Assembly (NCBI GenBank): GCA_025356235.1
Contig: JANXUL010000084.1
Coordinates: forward strand, 1-60,532
From: Bacteroidota bacterium
Lineage (GTDB): Bacteria; Bacteroidota; Bacteroidia; Chitinophagales; Chitinophagaceae
DNA length: 60,532 nt
Direction: 5' to 3'
This document shows, piece after piece, positions 30,387 through 39,442 of this stretch. How positions within the stretch are numbered: the first letter of the stretch is position 1; the number at the start of each line of letters is the position of its first letter. The notes beneath the pieces were generated by a model. The model made no database searches, had not been told where the DNA came from, and was given only the letters and a program-made list of their open reading frames with translations. Made by a program: the position numbers and the translations under genes.

Positions 30387-31454
30387 TTATGCATTTCGGT
30401 TAATACAATTCAGGTCTTCAAAAGCTGTTTCCAATCGCTTGATAAAGCTTTCTTCCCCTTTGCGTAACCAAACGCGTGGATCGTAGAATTTTTTATTGGG
30501 TTTATCTGCTCCTTCCGGATTGCCTAATTGTGCCTGCAGGTAAGCCTCATTCTTTTTATAAAACTGCTGAACACCTTCCCAATAAGCCCATTGCAGGTCG
30601 GTATCGAGGTTCATTTTAATGGCACCATAACCAATGGCTTCCCTTATCTGGCTTTGCGGAGAACCGCTTCCACCATGGAACACGAAGTAAACCGGTTTAG
30701 GACCCGTTTTTAATTCCTTCTCAATATAATCCTGGCTGTTCTTCAGGATCACAGGCCTGAGTTCAACATTTCCCGGACTATATACGCCATGCACATTACC
30801 AAAAGCAGCAGCCACGGTAAACAGGTTACCTACTTTGCTGAGTTCGGTATAAGAGTAAGCCACATGCTGCGGCTGGGTATATAATTTATCGTTCTCAATA
30901 CCGCTGTTGTCAACACCATCTTCTTCGCCGCCGGTTACACCTAATTCAATTTCAATACTCATACCCAGGGAAGCCATACGTTTATAAAATTCTACTGAGG
31001 TATGAATATTTTCTTCCAAAGGTTCTTCCGAAAGGTCAAGCATGTGGGAACTGAAAAGCGGCTGACCTTTTTCTTTATAATATTGTTCACCCGCATCAAT
31101 CAAACCGCTGATCCATGGCAACCATTTTTTGGAAGCATGGTCGGTGTGCAGTACCACCGGAACACCGTAGTACTTAGCCACATTATGAATATGCAAAGCA
31201 CCAGATATACCACCTGAAATATTGGCCTGCAAATGATCATTTGGCATTCCTTTACCTGCAATGAACTGTGCGCCCCCGTTAGAGAACTGGATGATTACCG
31301 GCGAGTTTACTTTGGCAGCCGCTTCCAATGTGGCATTTATCGTATTTGTACCAATGGTATTTACTGCAGGTAAGGCAAACTGGTTATCTTTTGCATCGTT
31401 GTATAAAGCTTCTAATTCTTTGCCGAATAATACGCCGGCCCTGTATTTTTTCAT
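30387..31454 (-). CDS. fbaA: Class II fructose-bisphosphate aldolase
   Basis: FALPAVN, LHTDH, SSHMLDLS, EIELGVTGGEEDG, FGNVHGVY, VFHGGSGS, YDPRVWLR. Confidence 0.97.
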   Translation of the reverse strand: MKKYRAGVLFGKELEALYNDAKDNQFALPAVNTIGTNTINATLEAAAKVNSPVIIQFSNGGAQFIAGKGMPNDHLQANISGGISGALHIHNVAKYYGVPVVLHTDHASKKWLPWISGLIDAGEQYYKEKGQPLFSSHMLDLSEEPLEENIHTSVEFYKRMASLGMSIEIELGVTGGEEDGVDNSGIENDKLYTQPQHVAYSYTELSKVGNLFTVAAAFGNVHGVYSPGNVELRPVILKNSQDYIEKELKTGPKPVYFVFHGGSGSPQSQIREAIGYGAIKMNLDTDLQWAYWEGVQQFYKKNEAYLQAQLGNPEGADKPNKKFYDPRVWLRKGEESFIKRLETAFEDLNCINRNA

Positions 31455-31567
31455 GTGTGGGAATGTTTTCTTTCGATGAATCGGTTGATGGTGAATTAAG
31501 GTTGGCAAGATACTTTACTTGCTGCAAACGGTTGTTAGCTTTTTTATTGATTTCATGCACATAGTTT

Positions 31568-32371
31568 TCACCGATTAATTTGTTCAAGCAGTTTTTGTAG
31601 ATAGGTTGCAGCGTTCAGCATACGACTTCCATACCAACTGAATACCTCACCATCTGCCAGCAGGATTTTGGCATCGGGTAATGCTTGTTGTAAAGTTTCA
31701 ATGTGTTTTTGTTTAAAAGGATATGGCTCGGAAGATAGCAGGATCAGTTCTGTATTTTTTTCAACCAACTCCCGAGTGCTTATTTCAGGGTAGCGGCGGA
31801 TATCCGGTAATATATTTTCCAGCCCGCATAATTTTAGCATTGCATTAATAAAGGTGTCTTCTCCCGCAGCCATATAAGGGCCATTCCAGATAAGGTAGGC
31901 TGTTCTGTATTTTTTATAGTTTGATTGGTTTATCAGCAGTGCCAAATCCGAAAAATCTTTTTTTATTTGGGTGATGATCGCTGCTGTTTTTTCTTTTTTT
32001 CCGGTCAGTTCACCAATGCTTTGCATCATGTAATAAGCATCATCAATATTATTTACATCACTTATCCAAACGGGGGTTATCTTTTCAAGTAATTCAATCT
32101 GCTCTTTTACATTCTCTTCTTTATTGGCAATGATCAGGTCGGGTTTTAGTGAAGCAATCAAATCTACCTCCACTGTTTTAGTGCCACCCACCCTTGTTTT
32201 ATTCCTGAACCACTGTTCGGGGTGTACGCAGAATTTTGTGATGCCGATTACTTCTTCTTCCAACCCCAGATCAAATAATAATTCTGTTTGAGAAGGCACT
32301 AATGAAATAATCCGTTTAGGGGGGCAGGGCAATACGATTATCCTGTTCATCTGATCTCTATAACTAAGCAT
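31568..32371 (-). CDS. Helical-backbone metal/cobalamin-binding protein (BtuF-like), orphan
   Basis: PKRIISLVPSQTELL, VGGTK, LKPDLIIANKEEN, LSSEPYPF; no signal peptide or ABC partners adjacent. Confidence 0.85.
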   Translation of the reverse strand: MLSYRDQMNRIIVLPCPPKRIISLVPSQTELLFDLGLEEEVIGITKFCVHPEQWFRNKTRVGGTKTVEVDLIASLKPDLIIANKEENVKEQIELLEKITPVWISDVNNIDDAYYMMQSIGELTGKKEKTAAIITQIKKDFSDLALLINQSNYKKYRTAYLIWNGPYMAAGEDTFINAMLKLCGLENILPDIRRYPEISTRELVEKNTELILLSSEPYPFKQKHIETLQQALPDAKILLADGEVFSWYGSRMLNAATYLQKLLEQINR

Positions 32372-32451
32372 CTGCTAAAATACTTTAGAAAGATTTAACA
32401 GGTCGACCTATGTAAAAAAATATACTCCGCATCTGTGAATTAAAGTTGCTT

Positions 32452-33228
32452 ATGCGAAAAATCTTTGATGCACCATACCTGGCAGTTGCCTGTTTGTTGG
32501 TAACCTTTCCCTGCTTGGCACAACCAGTACCCGTCTTTAATAGTTCAATGCAAACCATCAGTGAGATTCCTTTGCCGGATGGGTACAAAAGGGTAACCAT
32601 TCACCTTAATTCTTTTGCCGCTTACTTACGAAATCTCCCGTTGCGGAAGGACAATATTGTTTACCTTTTCAATCAACGGCCCAAAATAAACCAGTCATTG
32701 CATTATGCCGTTATTGATATCTCTACCGGAGAGAAAGACCTTCAACAGTGTGCGGATGCAGTGATGCGCCTACGGGCAGAATATTTCTTTGCCAGAGAAA
32801 TGTACGATAGTATCCGTTTCCCAAAAGATAACCGTTCTTTTTACCGATTTTCAAATTTTGTAAGAGGGGATAAGGCCCGTAACCGGGAAAACTTTATGCG
32901 GTTTATGGAAACGGTATTCATTAACTGTGGTACTTATTCATTACAACAGCAGTTAAAACCCGTAACTGATTTTTCAACCATACAAATCGGGGATGTATTG
33001 GTCAAAGCCGGTGCACCGGGCCATGCCGAAATAGTGGTTGATATGGCCATCCATAAACAAACGGGGAAAAAGATTTTCCTCCTGTTAGAAGGCTATATGC
33101 CGGCCCAGGATATGCATATTCTTTTAAATCCTGCCGTTAAGAAATCGCCATGGTATGTAGTGGACAGCAATAAGCAGGTAGTTACCGCATCATGGACCTT
33201 TACATCAGATCAATTAAGGCGATGGTAA
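32452..33228 (+). CDS. DUF4846-like secreted protein
   Basis: Signal peptide; SFAAYLRNLPL, DLQQCADAVMRLRAEY, PGHAEIVVD, YMPAQ. Confidence 0.85.
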   Translation: MRKIFDAPYLAVACLLVTFPCLAQPVPVFNSSMQTISEIPLPDGYKRVTIHLNSFAAYLRNLPLRKDNIVYLFNQRPKINQSLHYAVIDISTGEKDLQQCADAVMRLRAEYFFAREMYDSIRFPKDNRSFYRFSNFVRGDKARNRENFMRFMETVFINCGTYSLQQQLKPVTDFSTIQIGDVLVKAGAPGHAEIVVDMAIHKQTGKKIFLLLEGYMPAQDMHILLNPAVKKSPWYVVDSNKQVVTASWTFTSDQLRRW

Positions 33229-33232
33229 AAAC

Positions 33233-34393
33233 TTACCTGTATTTAAACCATGCGCCTGTATTGAATAACAACACAGTTTCATCTTCATGAACATAGTCTT
33301 TCTCGATGAGTTTTTTAAGACCCATATAAGTGGCGCTGCCTTCTGGTGATAACAACATTCCTTCCGCTGCATTGAACGCTTCCATACCTTTTGTCATGTC
33401 TTCTTCGCTAACCGTTATCGCGGTTCCTTTACTTTCCCTGATTACCTGTTGTATCATATCTTTTGCAAACGGCGAAGGAACAGCGAGCCCATAGGCAAGC
33501 GATGCCTCAGCCGAAAAATTATCCGGAAAAATTCCGGTTTCAAACATTTGTACCATAGGATTACAATTTTCAGATTGAACAATGATCATTTTGGGCAGCT
33601 TTCCCGTTAACCAGCCAAGCTGTTGCATTTCTTTAAAGGCTTTCCACATACCTATTAATCCGGTACCGCCTCCGGTAGGATAAATGATGATATCGGGCAG
33701 CCGCCAGTTTAGCTGTTCTGCAATTTCAAAACCCAGTGTTTTTTTTCCCTCCAGCCGATAGGGTTCTTTCATGGTAGACATATCAAAGGCGCCCGTTTTC
33801 TCAGATAACTGTTTTGCTTTTTTTCCGCATGCATCTATCAGCCCGTCTATCAAAATCAAATCGGCACTATACGAAATGCATTCTTCTTTAAGTGTTTCAG
33901 GGGTGTGCCTGGGCATAACCACCGTTACTTTAATATTCGCTTTTGCAGCGTACGCGCTTAGGGCCCCCCCGGCGTTACCGGCAGTGGGTATTATACAATT
34001 TGTGATACCTAATTCTTTGGCTTTAGAAATGGCTACACTTAATCCCCTGGCTTTAAAAGAACCTGTGGGGTTCACGGCTTCATCTTTTAATAGAATTTTC
34101 TTAAGGCCAAGTTGTGCGGCCAACTTATATAAAGTGTGAATAGGGGTCCAACCCTCGCCAAGGCTTACAATATTGGCTTCATTAATAACGGGTAACCATT
34201 CTGCATAGCGCCACATATTAAATGGTCTGTTCGAAAGTATTTTTTTAGGCAGAACAGGAAGATCATACGTGGCAACCAAAGGACGGTTACAACAGGGAGC
34301 ATACGTTTGTACCTCCGAAAAAGAATATAATTTCTTGCAGGAAGAGCATTCGAGATGTTTTAATAGAGATGTTGTTTCTGTTAGCGTTTCCAC
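33233..34393 (-). CDS. Threonine synthase-like PLP enzyme with N-terminal Zn ribbon
   Basis: CSSC..CC, LGEGWTP, NPTGSFKARG (PLP lysine), TAGNAG, EGKKT, PTGGGTG; GTG start. Confidence 0.88.
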   Translation of the reverse strand: METLTETTSLLKHLECSSCKKLYSFSEVQTYAPCCNRPLVATYDLPVLPKKILSNRPFNMWRYAEWLPVINEANIVSLGEGWTPIHTLYKLAAQLGLKKILLKDEAVNPTGSFKARGLSVAISKAKELGITNCIIPTAGNAGGALSAYAAKANIKVTVVMPRHTPETLKEECISYSADLILIDGLIDACGKKAKQLSEKTGAFDMSTMKEPYRLEGKKTLGFEIAEQLNWRLPDIIIYPTGGGTGLIGMWKAFKEMQQLGWLTGKLPKMIIVQSENCNPMVQMFETGIFPDNFSAEASLAYGLAVPSPFAKDMIQQVIRESKGTAITVSEEDMTKGMEAFNAAEGMLLSPEGSATYMGLKKLIEKDYVHEDETVLLFNTGAWFKYR

Positions 34394-34397
34394 AGAT

Positions 34398-34405
34398 CAA
34401 AAGTA
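34398..34405 (-). promoter_or_regulatory. -7 promoter element of the thrC-like gene
   Basis: TACTTTTG on the minus strand 4 nt before the GTG start. Confidence 0.55.
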
Positions 34406-34451
34406 AGCCATGAGTATAACCTAAATCATACATAGTTATTATAACCTATAA

Positions 34452-35351
34452 CTATAAGCTATAGAGCTTTTGTGCCAGCTTAATAAAACTTTTATTCAAT
34501 TCGCTGCTCTCGCCCTTGCGTTGGATAAAATAGAAATTCCTTTCAATGTGGAGGCCTTCAAAATGGATTTCTGTGAGCTCGCCATATTTTAACTCCTTCA
34601 TGATAGAGCGTTGCGGTAAAAAACCCAATGAATCAGATTCAATCAGGAAATTCTTTAAAGCTTCGGTACCCCCTAACCTTACTTTAATATCCAGTTCACT
34701 TAATTTGACCTTATTTTTTTCAAGGGAATATTTTAATGCGGCCAATGTACCGCTTCCTCTTTCCCTGATGGCGAGTGGCATGGAAATGATCTCTTTTACA
34801 GTATAGCTTTTTCTTTTGGCTATCGGACTCTTCTTGCTGCATACCGCCACTACCTGGTCGGTTAAAAAAGGCTGGTAATCAACGTTTGTCAGTTTTACAC
34901 GTCCCTCGATGATCCCTAAATTAATATCCTGGTTTAGTAATGCTTCCATTACCAGTTCTGAATTTCGGTTTAATAAACTGATATTGATCTGGGGGTAATG
35001 CTGGTTAAAAGAAGACAATACCTTAGGTAGTATATATAAAGCAACCGTGGTACTTGCACCAAGTTTCAATACGCCTTTTGCCTGCAATACATCTTTAATA
35101 GTAGATATTTCAAACTCAGTCTGTTCCTGAATGCGCTTTACTTCTGTTAATTTTTCAAAAAGGAGCTTGCCGGCCGGAGTAAGTTCTATCTGGATACCTT
35201 TTCTGTCGAACAACTTAGTTTTATAATATTCTTCCAGCGATTTGATGTGCTTGCTGATGGCGGGTTGCGATATATACAATACCTGGCTGGCTTTGGAAAA
35301 GCTCTTATGCTGTGCAACTGTCAGGAAAACATCATGGCGGGTTGAGATCAT
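34452..35351 (-). CDS. LysR-type regulator (CysL/YeiE-like)
   Basis: SFSKASQVLYISQPAISKHIKSLE HTH; LGASTT, RERGSGT, TEALK effector-domain motifs. Confidence 0.93.
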   Translation of the reverse strand: MISTRHDVFLTVAQHKSFSKASQVLYISQPAISKHIKSLEEYYKTKLFDRKGIQIELTPAGKLLFEKLTEVKRIQEQTEFEISTIKDVLQAKGVLKLGASTTVALYILPKVLSSFNQHYPQINISLLNRNSELVMEALLNQDINLGIIEGRVKLTNVDYQPFLTDQVVAVCSKKSPIAKRKSYTVKEIISMPLAIRERGSGTLAALKYSLEKNKVKLSELDIKVRLGGTEALKNFLIESDSLGFLPQRSIMKELKYGELTEIHFEGLHIERNFYFIQRKGESSELNKSFIKLAQKLYSL

Positions 35352-35399
35352 ATTGTTAGGTACGTAAGGGTATTACTGCAGGATGCTTGTATGAAAATT

Positions 35400-36755
35400 T
35401 TATTTTGCCAGGCTCTGTATCACATCATATTTGGTAACAATATGCAATTCGCCTTTTTCGTCTTTTGCCAGCACCGCACCATTTTCTTTAGTGATCAGGT
35501 TACCCAGTCTTTCCACCGGTGTATCAAAATCAACAACGGGATAGGAGGGCTCCAATACACTTTCCACACTTGCATTTTTTATCTCGGGGTTACTGAACAC
35601 TTTTTGAAATAAACCGCTTTCGCTTACTGCGCCAATAGGTTCCCCGTTTCTGATCACGGGTATCTGTTCAATATCGTATTTCTTCATCATTTCTACCGCT
35701 TCCGCAACAGTATGGGTAGGTTCAATGGTTACCAGCCTTTTGGCACTTCTTCCATTTACAATGTCTTTGAATGATTTTACATCAAGAAAACCACGTTCCA
35801 TCATCCACTGGTCATTATAAATTTTTCCAACATACCGGCTGCCATGATCGTGAAATATACAAACCACTACATCATCTTTGGTTAGGGTAGATTTTAATTG
35901 CATCAATCCCTGCAAACAGCTGCCGGCACTGTAACCGCAGAATAATCCTTCTTCTTTGGCAATCCTTCTGGCCATTACTGCACCATCTTTATCGGTTACC
36001 TGTTCAAAAAGGTCTATTACGCTCATGTCGTAATTCTCAGGAACAAAATCTTCACCAAAACCTTCTGAAATATAAGGGTGTACCTCATTCATATCAATGT
36101 CACCGGTATTATAATATTTGGTCAGTAATGATCCATACACATCTATCGCCCATATTTTGATATTGGGATTTTTTTCTTTTAAATACATCGCTGTGCCGGT
36201 AATGGTTCCACCGGTTCCGGCTGTGCATACAAGGTGTGTGATCCTGCCATCCGTCTGTTTCCAGATCTCAGGCCCCGTACTTTCATAGTGTGCCTGCCTG
36301 TTGGCAAGGTTATCATACTGGTTCATGTACATTGAATTGGGGATCTCTTTTGCTAACCGTTTGGCAACGCTGTAATAGCTGCGGGGGTCGTCGGGAAGTA
36401 CGTTAGTAGGACAAACAATTACTTCCGCACCAACGGCTTTTAATATATCTGCTTTTTCTTTGGATTGTTTATCGGTTGTTACAAAAATGCATTTGTAACC
36501 TTTTACGCAGGCGGCCAATGCAAGCCCCATGCCAGTATTGCCACTGGTGCCTTCAATAATGGTACCACCGGGTTTTAGCTTGCCTTGCTGTTCGGCTACT
36601 TCCACCATTTTCAAAGCCATACGGTCTTTGATGGAGTTGCCGGGATTAAAATAATCCACTTTTGCCAACACTGTGGCGGGAATGTCTTTGGTAACCTTAT
36701 TAAGCCTGATGAGGGGGGTATTGCCTATTGTTTCCAGAATATTGTTCAGCCACAT
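35400..36755 (-). CDS. Cystathionine beta-synthase-like PLP enzyme with C-terminal CBS pair
   Basis: IGNTPL, NPGNSIKDR, EGTSGNTG, GTGGT, HDHGSRY; C-terminal CBS domains. Confidence 0.92.
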   Translation of the reverse strand: MWLNNILETIGNTPLIRLNKVTKDIPATVLAKVDYFNPGNSIKDRMALKMVEVAEQQGKLKPGGTIIEGTSGNTGMGLALAACVKGYKCIFVTTDKQSKEKADILKAVGAEVIVCPTNVLPDDPRSYYSVAKRLAKEIPNSMYMNQYDNLANRQAHYESTGPEIWKQTDGRITHLVCTAGTGGTITGTAMYLKEKNPNIKIWAIDVYGSLLTKYYNTGDIDMNEVHPYISEGFGEDFVPENYDMSVIDLFEQVTDKDGAVMARRIAKEEGLFCGYSAGSCLQGLMQLKSTLTKDDVVVCIFHDHGSRYVGKIYNDQWMMERGFLDVKSFKDIVNGRSAKRLVTIEPTHTVAEAVEMMKKYDIEQIPVIRNGEPIGAVSESGLFQKVFSNPEIKNASVESVLEPSYPVVDFDTPVERLGNLITKENGAVLAKDEKGELHIVTKYDVIQSLAK

Positions 36756-36777
36756 AAAAACGAATGCTTGTTTGAAA

Positions 36778-36785
36778 CAAAGGTA
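36778..36785 (-). promoter_or_regulatory. -7 promoter element of the CBS gene
   Basis: TACCTTTG on the minus strand. Confidence 0.55.
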
Positions 36786-36946
36786 AAGTTTTGCGCATCC
36801 GAATGGCCATCAATCTTATAATCGTAATAATTGGGTAGAATTTGTAAACGGGTGACGGATAAGCCTTTAATAGTTGTTGTATCCGCTACCCTTGAAAGTA
36901 TCGAAGTGTGATGCTTGAACAGAACACCAATTGGTAAAACGCAAGG

Positions 36947-37135
36947 TTAGAAGCTTTTTACCATGTGTAAAGTAATACCCTCATCCTGGCCATTGGTTAC
37001 ATCTTTAACCATTTCTATATTTTGTTTGGCGTCTGTACTTACAGTAGTAGTGGTACTGTGCAGATATCCGAATAAAACAGCAGGAACCAAGGCGATCAAT
37101 GCGATAACATTTGCAGTAAAAATGAGCTTTTTCAT
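36947..37135 (-). CDS. Small secreted/membrane hypothetical protein (62 aa)
   Basis: MKKLIFTANVIALIALVPAVLFG signal/TM; own TATCTTTG -7 element (37173-37180) and downstream hairpin (~36850-36895). Confidence 0.65.
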   Translation of the reverse strand: MKKLIFTANVIALIALVPAVLFGYLHSTTTTVSTDAKQNIEMVKDVTNGQDEGITLHMVKSF

Positions 37136-37580
37136 AACGTTGTTTTTAGGTGGTTTATTTACTTTGATAGAACAAAGATATATTCTTTGATAGTACCATG
37201 CAACACATAGTACCATCTTTAAACTGGTATTTATCAGAACATACTATTGAGTTATACTTTGAAACCTAGTAAATACGGATGTTTGGTCAGTTTCAAAGGC
37301 TAAACACCATTAATAGAGGTTTGTGATGAACGGAAAAATGGCTTGACGAAAGAGGGGCTTATACCAAAGGGAAGGGGCTATTCATAAGATTTCTGAGGTG
37401 ATTTCGATGAATCAGTTGATATAAAAGGGCTATGATTTTGTAGCGGAAAGGTTGGTGCGTTTTTTTTGAAACACATATAGTAGATCCATAAAGGGCATTC
37501 CTACTGGTTCCTGTAATTATGTGTTTTACTGACTAGCTTGGTGATAAATATGGTTTGCGATTATTAGGATATAATCACCC

Positions 37581-38522
37581 TTATGACTTAAACTGTTCAG
37601 TCATCTTGGCACAAAGATCACTTTCAATCATTTTCTCAGCCACATTGATCATGAGTTTAAATGATTTGGCTTTACTGATGCCATGCCCGATAATAACCGG
37701 TTTGGCCACACCTAAAACCGGTGTACCGCCATAGTTTTCATAGTGGAAGCGATTAAAGTAGTCGTCGTTGATGCCTCTTTGCTGTGTAAGGTCATAAACG
37801 GATTCAGCCAGTTTGAGAATGATATTGCCTGTAAACCCGTCGCAAACAATTACATCGGCTTTATCATCAAACATATTGCGGCCTTCTATATTACCTATAA
37901 AGTTGATCTGTGTATTCTCTTTTAAGAGCGGGTAAGTAGCTTGTGTAAGTATATTTCCCTTTCCTTCTTCTTCACCCACATTCATCAGACCAATTTTTGG
38001 GTTATTGATATTTAGGATATGTTGGGCGTATAAACTTCCCAGAATGGCAAACTGGTTCATTTGTTCGGGTTTGCAATCGGCATTCAAACCTACGTCCACC
38101 AATAATCCTGTTCCCCCGGTTAATTTGGGAACGATGGTAGCGATGGTTGGCCTCAATACACCTTGGATGGCTTTAATACTAAACATGGCACCCACCAGCA
38201 TGGCACCGGTATTACCGGCACTGATAAAAGCGTCTATCTTACCTGTAGCTAATAAATGAAAACCGATGGCGATAGATGAATGTTGCTTTTCTTTCAATGC
38301 TTTGGTGGGGTGTTCGTGGTAGCCTATCACTTCCGGGGCATGTATCAAATGCAAATTAGGTGATGTAACCTGGTGTTCCTCTAAAAGAGGTTTTACCAGT
38401 GTTTCATCACCTATACAAAATAAAGCAGCTGCATGCGTATGTTCAGACAAGTATAATTGCAAGCCTTTCACCGCTTCTAACGGTGCAAAATCTCCACCCA
38501 TCATGTCTAAGCCAATATTCAT
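37581..38522 (-). CDS. plsX: Phosphate acyltransferase
   Basis: LDMMGGDFAP, SAGNTGA, DVGLNAD, NVGEEEGKG, CDGFTGN, IGHG. Confidence 0.97.
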   Translation of the reverse strand: MNIGLDMMGGDFAPLEAVKGLQLYLSEHTHAAALFCIGDETLVKPLLEEHQVTSPNLHLIHAPEVIGYHEHPTKALKEKQHSSIAIGFHLLATGKIDAFISAGNTGAMLVGAMFSIKAIQGVLRPTIATIVPKLTGGTGLLVDVGLNADCKPEQMNQFAILGSLYAQHILNINNPKIGLMNVGEEEGKGNILTQATYPLLKENTQINFIGNIEGRNMFDDKADVIVCDGFTGNIILKLAESVYDLTQQRGINDDYFNRFHYENYGGTPVLGVAKPVIIGHGISKAKSFKLMINVAEKMIESDLCAKMTEQFKS

Positions 38523-38555
38523 CGCGGCAGGAAGATATAGTTTGAACTAAAAAGG

Positions 38556-38750
38556 TTACGCTTTCAGGGGAGCTTTTTCAGCTACCAATTTACCTTTGTA
38601 GAACAATTTACCTTCACTCACATGTGCGCGATGGCGTACATGGGTTTCACCGGTGGTGCTGTCTTTGCTTAATGTAACTTCCTGGGCCACGTAGTGAGTT
38701 CTTCTCTTGGCTGTACGTTGCTGTGAATGTCTGCGTTTAGGATTCGGCAT
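38556..38750 (-). CDS. rpmF: 50S ribosomal protein L32 (Cys-free)
   Basis: MPNPKRRHSQQRTAKRRTHY; yceD-rpmF-plsX synteny. Confidence 0.97.
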   Translation of the reverse strand: MPNPKRRHSQQRTAKRRTHYVAQEVTLSKDSTTGETHVRHRAHVSEGKLFYKGKLVAEKAPLKA

Positions 38751-38778
38751 ATCTCGAAATTTATAGTATCAAAAAAAA

Positions 38779-39321
38779 TTATTCTAAGTTTTTAAATTTA
38801 TCCAACCCTTTCCAAACCGTATTGCTGTCTTTTGTTACTTCTTCTTCCATTTTCCGTAACTTCTCCAACACTTCTGTATTACATTTTGGCCCACCAATTT
38901 CTTCTTCTCTGCACATCTTCTGTAAAGGGATGCTGAGGTTTACGAATTCATAAATCCAATCCGCCAGGTGCAGGTGGCTTTCGCCACGCGCGATATAATA
39001 CACATCCGGGTCTTCTTCCTGTTCGTTCATCACTTCAGGATCTTCAACGATTTTTACAATGATATTGAATTCATCCCAGAGTTGCGTAGGTAAAGTGTTT
39101 CCACACCTGTCGCAGGCTACATTCAATTCACCGTCAACATCAAATTTCAACTGCATGAAACCATTGTTCTTATCAAGGCTTAACTTGATATTGGCCATGC
39201 AATTTTCGAAATCCTGTTCACCATATGGCACAAAGAACTTATCCTCAATTCTGTATTCGTATACATGAATCCCCGGCTTTAAACCCACAAATGCTATCTC
39301 ATATTCCCGGCGCTGACTCAT
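38779..39321 (-). CDS. yceD: YceD/DUF177 family protein
   Basis: CDRC motif, YEFVNLSIP, WKGLDK; upstream of rpmF. Confidence 0.9.
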   Translation of the reverse strand: MSQRREYEIAFVGLKPGIHVYEYRIEDKFFVPYGEQDFENCMANIKLSLDKNNGFMQLKFDVDGELNVACDRCGNTLPTQLWDEFNIIVKIVEDPEVMNEQEEDPDVYYIARGESHLHLADWIYEFVNLSIPLQKMCREEEIGGPKCNTEVLEKLRKMEEEVTKDSNTVWKGLDKFKNLE

Positions 39322-39341
39322 AACCGTTTTTTAAGGGCTTG

Positions 39342-39349
39342 CAAAGTTA
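39342..39349 (-). promoter_or_regulatory. -7 promoter element of yceD-rpmF-plsX
   Basis: TAACTTTG on the minus strand. Confidence 0.6.
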
Positions 39350-39442
39350 GCCCAAAACAGCCGAAACACCAAAGTAAAATTGAATCTGTTGATATGGACC
39401 GTACCAAAGGCAGATCGGGTATTTTATGGCATATTTGTATAT

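Noticed and set aside
36786-36946. SAM riboswitch upstream of the CBS-like gene
   Set aside because: No SAM-I/II core motifs; the hairpin lies upstream of the -7 box and fits the terminator of the small upstream gene
37197-37216. Sigma54 promoter for the small gene (TGGTAC..TTGC on the minus strand)
   Set aside because: GG-GC spacing is 11 nt, not the required 10
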